Origin: a virus
DNA: 64,000 nt
Virus record (IMG/VR): IMGVR_UViG_3300032268_000887
Span: 1-64,000 of that record
Direction: 5' to 3' (one strand)
Numbering within the stretch: the stretch's first letter is position 1; every line of letters starts with the position of its first letter. The notes under the pieces were generated by a model. The model was not told the DNA's origin and made no database searches. It saw only the letters and a list, made by a program, of their open reading frames with translations. This document shows positions 17,552 through 27,033 of this stretch, one piece after another. Both the position numbers and the translations under genes were made by a program.

Positions 17552-17959
17552 TTAAACTTTAGATATTTTTCTTGCTTTAGCAAGTGCTTCAAAATCTTTA
17601 ATTTTTGTTTCTCCTAGATATCCCCAAGCATGACCTACGTCAATCATTTTTTGATTAATAGATCTATCTGATCCGTCCAAGAAAACCCATCCTAAAATTC
17701 TTCCATATTTTTCTGATGAATCCATTTTTTCTGTTTTAATCACAACAGATTTGGCTGCCTCAATTTCATGTTTTAAAAATGCTTTTGCTTCAAGACCTAA
17801 AGCCTTTTCTGCTTTATCTGCTGTACGAGATTCTGGAGTGTCTATCCCAGCAAGTCTTACTCTTGAACTAAAAGATATGTCAAACCCTAAATCTATATCT
17901 ACATCAATTGTATCCCCATCTACAATTTTATTTACTTTTTTAACATAATACTCAAACAT
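17552..17959 (-). CDS. thermonuclease (SNase-like)
   Basis: IVDGDTI, RVRLAGIDTPE, KYGRILG. Confidence 0.9.
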   Translation of the reverse strand: MFEYYVKKVNKIVDGDTIDVDIDLGFDISFSSRVRLAGIDTPESRTADKAEKALGLEAKAFLKHEIEAAKSVVIKTEKMDSSEKYGRILGWVFLDGSDRSINQKMIDVGHAWGYLGETKIKDFEALAKARKISKV

Positions 17960-18072
17960 TACTTTACCTTCTTTTTTTCTTTTACATACCAGACTGGTAA
18001 CTTTAGATCATCGCCAGACCACTGGTATCCAAGAGCCTTTACAACAAACTTAATAATTTTAATACGCATCAT
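17959..18072 (-). CDS. small basic protein (37 aa, MMRIKIIKFVVKALGYQW...)
   Basis: Translated by hand; GGAGG SD; TAATG coupling. Confidence 0.5.
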   Translation of the reverse strand: MMRIKIIKFVVKALGYQWSGDDLKLPVWYVKEKKKVK

Positions 18073-18116
18073 TCCTCCTATTCTAGTAGACTTGCGCCTC
18101 TTTCTATTATATCAAA

Positions 18117-20033
18117 CTAATTGTGATTATGTGTCATTTCTGCTTGATTAGCCATGTATATATTCTTATACCCTCTTTCTTGAAATTCTTGACAAACAAC
18201 TACCATTTCACAGTCTGGCTCACCAGTTTCTTTGTTTATATGGCCATATCTAGCCCCATCTTTAAATGGTTGGGCTTGGTATAAACAAAACCCACTAGAA
18301 ACAGAATAATATTTTGTATATTTTTGTTTTTTGTATTGCTCAAACAATTCTTGAATTGCTGGATCATACCTAGGACCTTCTCTTGTTGCCCACTGATCAT
18401 ATAACATTCTTCTTCTTTTAGTTGCTGCTGCCACAATATCAAAATTAGGCTCTAGGTCTTTAAAATTTAATATTTTTTCGACATCAGACATTTTAAAATC
18501 TACATCTACATCTATCATTAAAACATAGTCAACGCTATTTAAAAAATTGTTTGCCGTAAGGGCTTTATTCCTTGCTAATGATAGGTTTTTTACTCTATCC
18601 TCATCTTTGGAAGAACCATAAAACCGTGTATTAATTTTTTCAGAAATAATTGACACACCATTAAACATTGAATAGTCTTGTTTAAGCATTAAACTGCTTG
18701 TTGCGTCTACTGAGTCATTTTCATATAAAGACAAATAAAACTCATATTCTGGAAAAAAATCCACCATTCCTTTAATTTTCTTGTAATAGTCTAAATAAAA
18801 ATGTTCATCGTTTCTAATAATAGAACATATTAAAATTTTTTCTTTTTCTTTTTTGAGATCAAGATCCTCTGTTTTGTTTTCAACATATTTATCTATAAAG
18901 CCATCAATGAAATCTGCATAGTCTTTTTTTATTTTATCCCAATTGTAGGTTTGTGAGTGTTTGTATGCGTTTTCACATAAATTTTTATAAACTTCTTTAT
19001 CTTTAAGTATTTTAATTTTTTCATAAAAACTATCCTCATCATCTGCGATTAACATTGCTTCTTCTATTTCTTGATTAGAAAATCCTCTTGCTCCGACAGT
19101 TGATGTGATTATTGGAATCCCATATCCTAGGGCTTTCATCATTTTTAAATGTGTTCCCGAACCATCAAGCATTGGATTAACAAAAGCAAAGGATGTTCTA
19201 AAATATTTATCTAATAGTTCATCATTTACGTGACCAACAATTTGGACATTGCTAGAAATATTTTGAGATTTAATCCCATTGCCACATCCGCCTATAATAA
19301 TAAAATTAAATTCTGGCATCGATTGTGCAAATGCAACAACTTTTTTTGCTGCTGCTTTGTTAGGTGGGTGACCACTACCAACAAAAATAATATCTCTAGA
19401 CTTAAGCCTATTTTCATAATTTATTTTGTCCTGAACCACCGTTCCATTTGGCACATATTTTCCACTAACACTTTGCCCATAGTAATCTTTTATTTTTATA
19501 AAGTCTGAAGAAGAGCAGTATGTAATTTCTTGTGCTTGCTTTAAAATACGAGTTTCCATTTTTTCAACTATTTTTATTAGTTCTTTGTTTTCCCCATGAA
19601 CTTGTTTTGCTAAATCAAGTTCTGCATTATGAGAATTATAAATAATTGGAATGTTTTTAATGTTTTGAAGAAGAGGAGAAACAGAATAATGATCAACAAT
19701 TATAAAATCACAATTTTTTGACAATTCTTTTACTCTGGAGGTAAAGATTTCTAAGTCGTCTTTTAAAAGTTCAAAAACTGTATCATGATTAAGTTTTGCA
19801 AAATCATTAATTAATGTTTGCCTACGCCTGTAAAGGTTGTGCCCTATTTGTGGCTGGAAATAGTATAAATTTTTATTAATTTTTTTATTAATTAGTTCAT
19901 TATTCCAGTTAAAAGATAAAAATGTTACTTCATGTTCTAATAGTGCTTCAATTAATGTTAGAGTTCTTTCTTTACCGCCACTATTTTTAGACCAATCTGG
20001 AAGATTTGCGCTTATAACTAATATTTTTGCCAT
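18117..20033 (-). CDS. fused glycosyltransferase: GT4 (GT-B) + C-terminal GT-A (CAP59/Anp1-like)
   Basis: SHNAE, GSGTHLKM..ALGYGIPIITS..GARG; YENDSVD, RVKNLSLARN, DVD, YDQWA, DCE. Confidence 0.75.
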   Translation of the reverse strand: MAKILVISANLPDWSKNSGGKERTLTLIEALLEHEVTFLSFNWNNELINKKINKNLYYFQPQIGHNLYRRRQTLINDFAKLNHDTVFELLKDDLEIFTSRVKELSKNCDFIIVDHYSVSPLLQNIKNIPIIYNSHNAELDLAKQVHGENKELIKIVEKMETRILKQAQEITYCSSSDFIKIKDYYGQSVSGKYVPNGTVVQDKINYENRLKSRDIIFVGSGHPPNKAAAKKVVAFAQSMPEFNFIIIGGCGNGIKSQNISSNVQIVGHVNDELLDKYFRTSFAFVNPMLDGSGTHLKMMKALGYGIPIITSTVGARGFSNQEIEEAMLIADDEDSFYEKIKILKDKEVYKNLCENAYKHSQTYNWDKIKKDYADFIDGFIDKYVENKTEDLDLKKEKEKILICSIIRNDEHFYLDYYKKIKGMVDFFPEYEFYLSLYENDSVDATSSLMLKQDYSMFNGVSIISEKINTRFYGSSKDEDRVKNLSLARNKALTANNFLNSVDYVLMIDVDVDFKMSDVEKILNFKDLEPNFDIVAAATKRRRMLYDQWATREGPRYDPAIQELFEQYKKQKYTKYYSVSSGFCLYQAQPFKDGARYGHINKETGEPDCEMVVVCQEFQERGYKNIYMANQAEMTHNHN

Positions 20034-20066
20034 ATTATTAATTATACACCATGCTATAATTTTAAG

Positions 20067-20774
20067 ATGGACTATGTTTATATTGCTCGTAATGGAGACA
20101 ATGAAGAATTAAAATATTCTTTAAGGTCAATTGAGCAAAATATGCCAAAGGGAAGGGTCTGGGTTTTAGGCTATCGACCAGTTTGGTATATCGGTGATTT
20201 TATATATATAGAAGATACTGCTAAAAAATTTGACAACATTAGAAATTGCATTAAAGTTGCATCAGAACATCCAGAAATATCTGATGACTTTGTTTTAATG
20301 AATGATGATTTTTTTGCTTTAAACAAAATGGAAACTGTTCCAAATTTTCACGGGGGGCTTCTTGCCGATAAAATTAAACAATATAAAGAGTTAAAAATGG
20401 CGTCAGTCTATATACGTCTGTTAGAATTAACATACAAACAGTTAGTTCTGAGCGGGGTAAAAGATCCAATTGATTATGACATTCATGTTCCTATGGTTAT
20501 GAATAAAAACAAACTTAGGGAATCTTTAAACATTGCTTATTTCCCAAGGTCATCTTACGGTAATTTTGCTAAAATTGGTGGAGAGGAAATAAAAGATGTA
20601 AAAATTTATAATTCTACAGAAAAAATACAATTGGATAAAAATCTTTATTTTGTTTCTGTTGATGATAGATCTTTTCTTAGATTAAAAAATTCAACACTTG
20701 AGTCTGCCTTTCCATTGCCAAGCAGTTTAGAAAATCCTGAATATAGTCTTGCAGATTTTGCTTTAATTAATTAA
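20067..20774 (+). CDS. Stealth-like sugar-phosphotransferase (CR1/CR2-like motifs)
   Basis: MDYVY, EELKYSLRSI, FVLMNDDFF, HVP. Confidence 0.55.
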   Translation: MDYVYIARNGDNEELKYSLRSIEQNMPKGRVWVLGYRPVWYIGDFIYIEDTAKKFDNIRNCIKVASEHPEISDDFVLMNDDFFALNKMETVPNFHGGLLADKIKQYKELKMASVYIRLLELTYKQLVLSGVKDPIDYDIHVPMVMNKNKLRESLNIAYFPRSSYGNFAKIGGEEIKDVKIYNSTEKIQLDKNLYFVSVDDRSFLRLKNSTLESAFPLPSSLENPEYSLADFALIN

Positions 20775-20782
20775 CAAACTAG

Positions 20783-20853
20783 AGCGACTAGCGAGAATCG
20801 AACTCGCACATCAACCTTGGCAAGGTTACGCACTACCACTATGCAATAGTCGC
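20783..20853 (-). tRNA. tRNA-Gly(GCC)
   Basis: GCGACTA...TAGTCGC acceptor stem, anticodon loop TTGCCAA, GTTCGATTC; no encoded CCA. Confidence 0.9.
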
Positions 20854-20857
20854 TAAG

Positions 20858-20931
20858 TACACCAGGTAGGACTTGAACCTACGATATCCGAATTATGAGT
20901 TCGGGGCCTTAACCAACTTGGCTACTGGTGC
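20858..20931 (-). tRNA. tRNA with CAT anticodon (Ile2-like or elongator Met)
   Basis: GCACCAG...CTGGTGT, CTCATAA loop, GTTCAAGTC; lacks initiator GGG/CCC. Confidence 0.85.
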
Positions 20932-20937
20932 TTATCG

Positions 20938-21010
20938 TGTCCCCAACGGGATTTGAACCCGTGTTAACGCCGTGAAAGGGCGACGTCCTAGGCCACTAGA
21001 CGATGGGGAC
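20938..21010 (-). tRNA. tRNA-Glu(TTC)
   Basis: GTCCCCA...TGGGGAC, CTTTCAC loop, GTTCAAATC. Confidence 0.9.
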
Positions 21011-21015
21011 CTGCG

Positions 21016-21088
21016 CTGGCTCACCAGGTTTCGATCCTGGGACATCCGAATTAACAGTTCGGCACTCTACCAACTGAGTTATGAGCCA
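21016..21088 (-). tRNA. tRNA-Asn(GTT)
   Basis: TGGCTCA...TGAGCCA-G, CTGTTAA loop; atypical T-loop GATCGAAAC. Confidence 0.85.
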
Positions 21089-21143
21089 ATCTAATAATTG
21101 TATCATTTCTGTGGCTTTATTGCAATGGGTGTATACTTAAAGT

Positions 21144-21815
21144 ATGAGCCTTGATATTTTAAATTTTAAACCAATAATTATAAATAATTTTTTTACAAAT
21201 TATGAAATAGATGAAATGTATTCTGTAATCAATAATAAGATTATTAAAAATATTAATAATAATTTATTTGAATATGATGGTTTTGAAATTAATCAAGGCC
21301 ATGGTTCTTTTATGTATAATCAAACAGGTAAAAATGATACTATATTTTCTAAAAATATATACACAAAAATTAAAACAGAAATAGAAAAAATTTTAAACAC
21401 AGAGTTTGAAATGCCATCATTATGTTTTCAGAGATATTCTTTAATGACTGGAAAAAATCCGAGATTGCATCCTCACACGGATCAATATAAGATTGCAGAA
21501 GGTAAACACAATAAAAATAATTCTGTTCATTCCAACATTCATTTAATTAGTCTTTCAGTACCCCTAAAAAATAATTTTAACTGGGATATATCTGTTAATC
21601 GGACAAGTTATCAATTAAATAATAATGATGCTCTTTTATTTTCTGCAACCGCAGACCTTCATTGCAGGCCTCATAGGGAATTTAAGATAGAAGAAAAACA
21701 TGATGTGTTAATAGTTAGAATTATACCAAAAAATAATCAAGTGTCTGTGAATGAGTCAAAATATGAAGATATCAAATCAGAAATAAGCAAAATGCAAAAA
21801 ATTAATCAATATTAG
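21144..21815 (+). CDS. 2OG-Fe(II) oxygenase-like (divergent subfamily B)
   Basis: QRYS..GKNPRLHPHTD...WDISVN...LNNNDALLF...HCRP. Confidence 0.6.
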   Translation: MSLDILNFKPIIINNFFTNYEIDEMYSVINNKIIKNINNNLFEYDGFEINQGHGSFMYNQTGKNDTIFSKNIYTKIKTEIEKILNTEFEMPSLCFQRYSLMTGKNPRLHPHTDQYKIAEGKHNKNNSVHSNIHLISLSVPLKNNFNWDISVNRTSYQLNNNDALLFSATADLHCRPHREFKIEEKHDVLIVRIIPKNNQVSVNESKYEDIKSEISKMQKINQY

Positions 21816-21832
21816 AAAAAATAACTGGGGAA

Positions 21833-22381
21833 TTATAGTTTAAAATCTGGGTCTTGAAATGCTTTTTGTGAGGTGTGCATATATAAAGCGGTATATCTGT
21901 GCCCAGTTTTTACTTCTGTGATTCCATGTATATACTCTGTGCCAGCACTTGGAAAAAATACGGCAGAAAATTTTTTAGGTTTATATGAAAATCCTTGATT
22001 TGGAAAATAAATCTCTCCGCCTTCATACTCTAAGGGATCATTAAGATACATTATAGTGCTCCACTCAATAAATGGCTCTGGTCCCTGGGCATCAATATGT
22101 AGGTCCCCTTTTGTTCCAGCAGTCCAATGGGAACCAAATGCTTTAAATACATAAATATCTTTTAAATATCCATTTAGCCCTTTATGCATTTCATTGCTTT
22201 TGTGGCCATATTTAGTTAACAAATTTATTACTTTTTGATTATAAGGAAACGCCGTTCCCCCATATCTTTTTTTATAATAATCTGGGTATGGATTTGTTTG
22301 AGATGGATTGTTCATTTCACCAATTAAAAGGTTGGCGTCTTCTTCAGAAATAAAATTATTGACTACGGTAATTCTGTGCAC
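21833..22381 (-). CDS. 2OG-Fe(II) oxygenase, P4H-like (subfamily A)
   Basis: LHID, YLND..YEGGEIYFP, HGI, RY. Confidence 0.85.
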   Translation of the reverse strand: MHRITVVNNFISEEDANLLIGEMNNPSQTNPYPDYYKKRYGGTAFPYNQKVINLLTKYGHKSNEMHKGLNGYLKDIYVFKAFGSHWTAGTKGDLHIDAQGPEPFIEWSTIMYLNDPLEYEGGEIYFPNQGFSYKPKKFSAVFFPSAGTEYIHGITEVKTGHRYTALYMHTSQKAFQDPDFKL

Positions 22382-23308
22382 TTAGTCCACCTTTTTTATG
22401 TCTTTAATAAATCTGTTTCCATCTATTTTATCATACTTTGAATCTGTAATTCTATAACTAACATCGTTTGTAGCAAATGGTAGATATTCCAAAGACTTAA
22501 AATTAAAATTATGGTACTGACTAAACTTATCAATAATATCTAAATTTATTTGTCCCACTACACTGTTATGGCCATGTTTAAAAAGATTAATGAGTTCGTT
22601 ATAATTGTGGTATTTAGAAAATGGAACATAATAGTTAAAATCTTCCAATGTGGTATATCCATCTATGTTTACAACATTTTCTGGGGCTGCGTATATTTCT
22701 ATGCCATCTTTAAAGTATTGCAAAGAAAGCGCTTCTTCTTCTCCATAATATTTTAACCATCCTGGTAAATTATAGGGCCCCATAAAACTATTTTTCATCA
22801 TAACAACATTTCCAAATATAAAATTTCTATCTATAAAATTTGTTAATGTGAAATCTTGAATGTTGGAAAATTCTTTTTTAACAAAGAATAAGTCTTTATT
22901 TGTTATTGATACTTTTTTGTTTCCAGAAACTATAACATTTTTATCTTTTACAAAATTAATTAAGTTTAAATCCCAATCCTGATCTACCATTGTTCCAGGA
23001 GTGATAGTTAGGTGATACCTGCCCCCTAACGTAACCTTTAATCTTAAATTTTTATATAATGCAGCACCATCTATGTCATCCCAAGCAACTGGAACATAAG
23101 TTCCATTGCAATTATCATAACTATTTACTAAATCTATTAATAGTTTTGATCTATCTACCCCATTTTGATCATGCCAATGAATAAATAAAAATATTTTTCC
23201 AGACCATTTTTGCATTAAATTTTCTAAAGTCTTAATTGCCTCTTTGCTTTTATAAGAATACATTACAACATTAATGCTATCTATTGTTGTATTTTGTTTT
23301 TCTGCCAT
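22382..23308 (-). CDS. degenerate GT-A protein resembling the GT60 (Gnt1, Skp1-hydroxyproline GlcNAc-transferase) family
   Basis: YHLTITPGTMVDQDWD (cf. YxLQIDSHxRFxxxWD), NFIFG, YYGEEEALS...GIEIYA. Confidence 0.4.
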   Translation of the reverse strand: MAEKQNTTIDSINVVMYSYKSKEAIKTLENLMQKWSGKIFLFIHWHDQNGVDRSKLLIDLVNSYDNCNGTYVPVAWDDIDGAALYKNLRLKVTLGGRYHLTITPGTMVDQDWDLNLINFVKDKNVIVSGNKKVSITNKDLFFVKKEFSNIQDFTLTNFIDRNFIFGNVVMMKNSFMGPYNLPGWLKYYGEEEALSLQYFKDGIEIYAAPENVVNIDGYTTLEDFNYYVPFSKYHNYNELINLFKHGHNSVVGQINLDIIDKFSQYHNFNFKSLEYLPFATNDVSYRITDSKYDKIDGNRFIKDIKKVD

Positions 23309-24036
23309 TATGAAAACCTCTTTTTTTGCCAGACTTCTTCTTTGTAATATCCTGTGACCATAGTTCTTCTTTGCTCAGCCTTAAATTCTTCTTCTTCTAT
23401 AGACTCTTTATCATTTTTAACTTCAATTTCCCATTCATCTCTTTTAAAAGGAATAAATTGCATAATTGGTGTTCCTTTAGGAATTGTGCCAATAAAGTCT
23501 CGTTTTAGAAAAAAGGAAAAAAATACTGGCAATCCCCAGATATCTGAGTCTACCATTCCCGAAAGAGTATAAAATGGCAAATCATACCTATTCATCGGAT
23601 GAGTAACCAAAACAGAGTGTCCTGGTGGGGTACGATAAAACCAATTCATTCTAAATCCAAAATGTAATTGGTGGCAATCGCTTGGAATAGGAACCTGCAA
23701 GGTTGGTCTTTTATCAATTAACATGACTTCGCCTTTCCATGTTAACGTTGGAAAGCCTTCTTTATTTAAACTAACATGTAGATCATCTTCTAGTAAATAA
23801 TAATATCCTGAAGTAATCGCATCAAAAAATGGCATACATTTTTTTGTGTCTACCAAAGTGCCATCAGTTCCTATATGATTTACTGGTTGTAAATTTTTTA
23901 TATCATTTGAGTCTCCATATAGGGCAAGACTTTTATACCATTCTGGAACCATAGTTATTGCTGGAACTGGTGGGATATACATATCTTTAAAATTTTCCAA
24001 TGAAGGAATAAAAGTTATTTTATTTGTTTCACTCAT
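23308..24036 (-). CDS. DUF6065-like / dUTPase-like-fold protein (paralog 2)
   Basis: PEWYK, KKCMPFFDA..GY, RTPPGHS, GMVDSD, KGTPIMQFIPFKR. Confidence 0.5.
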   Translation of the reverse strand: MSETNKITFIPSLENFKDMYIPPVPAITMVPEWYKSLALYGDSNDIKNLQPVNHIGTDGTLVDTKKCMPFFDAITSGYYYLLEDDLHVSLNKEGFPTLTWKGEVMLIDKRPTLQVPIPSDCHQLHFGFRMNWFYRTPPGHSVLVTHPMNRYDLPFYTLSGMVDSDIWGLPVFFSFFLKRDFIGTIPKGTPIMQFIPFKRDEWEIEVKNDKESIEEEEFKAEQRRTMVTGYYKEEVWQKKRFS

Positions 24037-24758
24037 CTATATTCCTTTTTTTGTCTAAGGCTATCTCTATAAAAATTTTTAAATCTACTTCTAACTGATA
24101 TTCTTTGTTTTCCTATAACTTTTGCTGATGTTTCAGGATCTACCTTCTCCATTTCATATTTTTCTCTTTTAAATGGAATAACTTGAACTAATGGAGTTCC
24201 TCTTTCAATTACTCCTTTAAAATCTTTTTCAATATACATTGATAAATGGCCATCGCTTATAAATTGATCAGTATCAATAATTGCTGAAAATGCTTGGAAA
24301 GGCAATCCATCTCTATGAATAGGATGTGTAAACAAGCAACTATATCCGCTTTCTGTTCCTACCGACCAAAATGGGAGTATTCTAAAAACTTCTTTGTGAT
24401 ATTTTTTTTCATCTCTTGGATAATGTGAAACTTGTTCTGGACTATGAGATGATACAAGATCTCTTTTAATCATTTTCATTTTTTCTGGAATAGACCAAGT
24501 TATTTTTTCTGGATCAGTAGCATCTATGTAGACATCGCATGGAAAATATATTAAATACCCACAATTTAATGCGTCAAATACTGGCATGCATCTTTTAACA
24601 GTAGAAGAAGATGCTCCTTTTTTAAGAAATTGTTCTTCATCTCCACCATAGGCTGGCTGTTTTTTATACCACTGTGGTATGTTTTTTGATGCTGGAGTTG
24701 GTTCTGGAGACATATCTATTGTCTCCTGATTAAATGGATAAAACTTAACTTTGGCCAT
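24033..24758 (-). CDS. DUF6065-like / dUTPase-like-fold protein (paralog 3)
   Basis: PQWYK, KRCMPVFDA..GY, IIDTD, RGTPLVQVIPFKRE. Confidence 0.5.
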   Translation of the reverse strand: MAKVKFYPFNQETIDMSPEPTPASKNIPQWYKKQPAYGGDEEQFLKKGASSSTVKRCMPVFDALNCGYLIYFPCDVYIDATDPEKITWSIPEKMKMIKRDLVSSHSPEQVSHYPRDEKKYHKEVFRILPFWSVGTESGYSCLFTHPIHRDGLPFQAFSAIIDTDQFISDGHLSMYIEKDFKGVIERGTPLVQVIPFKREKYEMEKVDPETSAKVIGKQRISVRSRFKNFYRDSLRQKKEYR

Positions 24759-25389
24759 AAAACTCCTTTATTCTCTTTACCATTATATCACTACCTGCAA
24801 ATTTTATCAAATATGCCGACTGATTCCTTTTTATTCTACCACATTCCTCGTCTATCATGTGACTTCCTTTATTTTTAAATTTAAAAAATAACATTATTGG
24901 ATCAACTTTATTTTTATTATTTATTTTGCTTTTATATGAAAAATTATAAAAATAGAATGGAGATTGATCAACATTTAAAATCTCAACTTCAATATTATCC
25001 TCATCAATAAACCATGGCATTGCCCACCGAAATACTGGATCAAAATAATCGGGATCTGATGCTTTTATAATTTTAGACAAATAAAATTGTCTCATATGAA
25101 TTTTTTCTATTGCTCTTAAATTTTTTGAATTTCTTATTTTTAATAAAAATATTTCAGCAAAATTTTCTTGACATAGAGTTACAATATTATTATCAATAGA
25201 TATTAATTTTGGTGGTGGGCACAATTTATACATGTATTTGTTTATTGGTTTAATTATTGAATCTTTATGCTCAGTCTTTAATACTTCATCATAATTTAAC
25301 CACTCTGGTTTAATGTTTGATCTTTCATTAATAAATAAAAATGATTCATCAAAAGATTTATACCAAATATTAAAATCAGGACTGTTCAT
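24745..25389 (-). CDS. hypothetical protein
   Basis: ORF; start likely MNSPDF. Confidence 0.5.
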   Translation of the reverse strand: MNSPDFNIWYKSFDESFLFINERSNIKPEWLNYDEVLKTEHKDSIIKPINKYMYKLCPPPKLISIDNNIVTLCQENFAEIFLLKIRNSKNLRAIEKIHMRQFYLSKIIKASDPDYFDPVFRWAMPWFIDEDNIEVEILNVDQSPFYFYNFSYKSKINNKNKVDPIMLFFKFKNKGSHMIDEECGRIKRNQSAYLIKFAGSDIMVKRIKEFYGQS

Positions 25390-26827
25390 TTTTGCCACGT
25401 ATAACTTTGGCGTTATATGTTTTTTCCCATGCCAAAATATCCTCTTCGTCATTTAATAGTGGCTGCCCTTTAATATTTAAACTGGTATTTAATAATACTG
25501 GGACACCAGTAAGTGCATACCAACTAGATAAAACTTCATGTAGTCCAGGATGCTGATCTTTGTTTACTGTTTGTACTCTTGACGTTCCATCTTTATGAAC
25601 TACTGCTGGAATTTTATCTGGCTGCAAACATTTAACTGCATACTGCATATATGGAGATGTAAAGTTCATATCAAACCATTTATCAGCATATTCTTCCAAA
25701 ACTACTGGAGCAAATGGTCTAAAAAGTTCTCTTTTTTTAATTTTATTTACTTCATCTTTTATATTTGCATCTCTTGGATCTGCTAGGATGCTTCTATTTC
25801 CTAATGCTCTTGGTCCATATTCTGCTCTACCGACAGCAACTGCTGCCACTTTATTTCTAATTAACTCTGTAATTATTTCTGATACTGGATAAGTACCGCC
25901 CAAATCATAGCCTAGATAAGGATTTTGCCATTTAATATGCTTTCCATGTGATGCAACTGCTGCTCCTAGTGAACTGCCAGAATCTCCAGGATTTGGCATA
26001 ATCCAGACATCATCAAATATATCCCATAATTTTGTATTAGCAGAACAGTTTAATGCACAGCCACCCATGAATACTAACTCAGTTTTTCCTGTGATAGTTC
26101 TTGCCATTTTCATAAATTCAATAAGTCTAAGTTCATAAACTTTTTGAACTGATGCTGCAATATCAAACTTATCTTGTTCTGTTACCCATCCCCAATCGGT
26201 AATACCTTTATGAAAATTATATTTTTGTTTATTGTGCTCTGGAAAATAATCTTTTACTTTATTATAATATTTATTTGCATCCCCGTAGGCTGCCATACCC
26301 ATAAAAATATATTCTTCTTCATTTGGCTTTAGGCCAACTAATTGTGTAAATGCTGAATAGAATAACCCAAAACTAAATGGATAATTTTTTTTGTAAACTT
26401 GTTTAATGCTTGAGCCATCTCCTACCCATATGGTAGAGGTGTTGTACTCGCCAATAGCATCTAAAACAACAATAACAGCATCACGAAATGGGCTTGTGTA
26501 GTAGCCTGCTGCTGCGTGTGAATAGTGATGGCTAAATGATTCTCTTGGCACCCACCTTAAATCTTTTCTGTCTAAGTAGTGTGGCTTATCTCCACCAAAA
26601 CCACCCTTTAATAATATTCTAGATTTTTTTAACCAACGATTTTCATAATAGGCTATGCGATCTGGCTTTCCATATTGAAGTGCACAATCAATTAATTTAT
26701 CATTAGTAAACCAGTCATTTTTTTGTTTACTGAAGCGTTCTGCGTGTGCAGCAAAAACCAACTCTCCATGTTTTAATAAAGATACTGATGCATCATGAGT
26801 TGTTTCATTAATGCCTAAGATTATCAT
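25376..26827 (-). CDS. carbamoyltransferase (NodU/CmcH family)
   Basis: HDAS, HHYSHAAA, DAIGE, GGCALNC, PGDSGSSLG, EYGPRALGNRSIL, NTSLN. Confidence 0.92.
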   Translation of the reverse strand: MIILGINETTHDASVSLLKHGELVFAAHAERFSKQKNDWFTNDKLIDCALQYGKPDRIAYYENRWLKKSRILLKGGFGGDKPHYLDRKDLRWVPRESFSHHYSHAAAGYYTSPFRDAVIVVLDAIGEYNTSTIWVGDGSSIKQVYKKNYPFSFGLFYSAFTQLVGLKPNEEEYIFMGMAAYGDANKYYNKVKDYFPEHNKQKYNFHKGITDWGWVTEQDKFDIAASVQKVYELRLIEFMKMARTITGKTELVFMGGCALNCSANTKLWDIFDDVWIMPNPGDSGSSLGAAVASHGKHIKWQNPYLGYDLGGTYPVSEIITELIRNKVAAVAVGRAEYGPRALGNRSILADPRDANIKDEVNKIKKRELFRPFAPVVLEEYADKWFDMNFTSPYMQYAVKCLQPDKIPAVVHKDGTSRVQTVNKDQHPGLHEVLSSWYALTGVPVLLNTSLNIKGQPLLNDEEDILAWEKTYNAKVIRGKNEQS

Positions 26828-27033
26828 TAACTAATAACTTTCAGTACAACTTGACAAGGATCTCCACCATCTTCCCATTCTTGTTCTTCTTCTTGAGTCA
26901 TATATGGGTCTCCATCGTGTGTGTTGCAAAATGGAGGAGTTATCCATTTTCTATTAATTCCATTTTCTAGCCAAATTTCAAATTCTTGAATATTTGCTAA
27001 CTCTTCTTTTTCTTCTTTAAAGATATCACTCAT
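26827..27033 (-). CDS. small acidic Cys/His protein
   Basis: FCNTHDG...GGDPC. Confidence 0.55.
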   Translation of the reverse strand: MSDIFKEEKEELANIQEFEIWLENGINRKWITPPFCNTHDGDPYMTQEEEQEWEDGGDPCQVVLKVIS

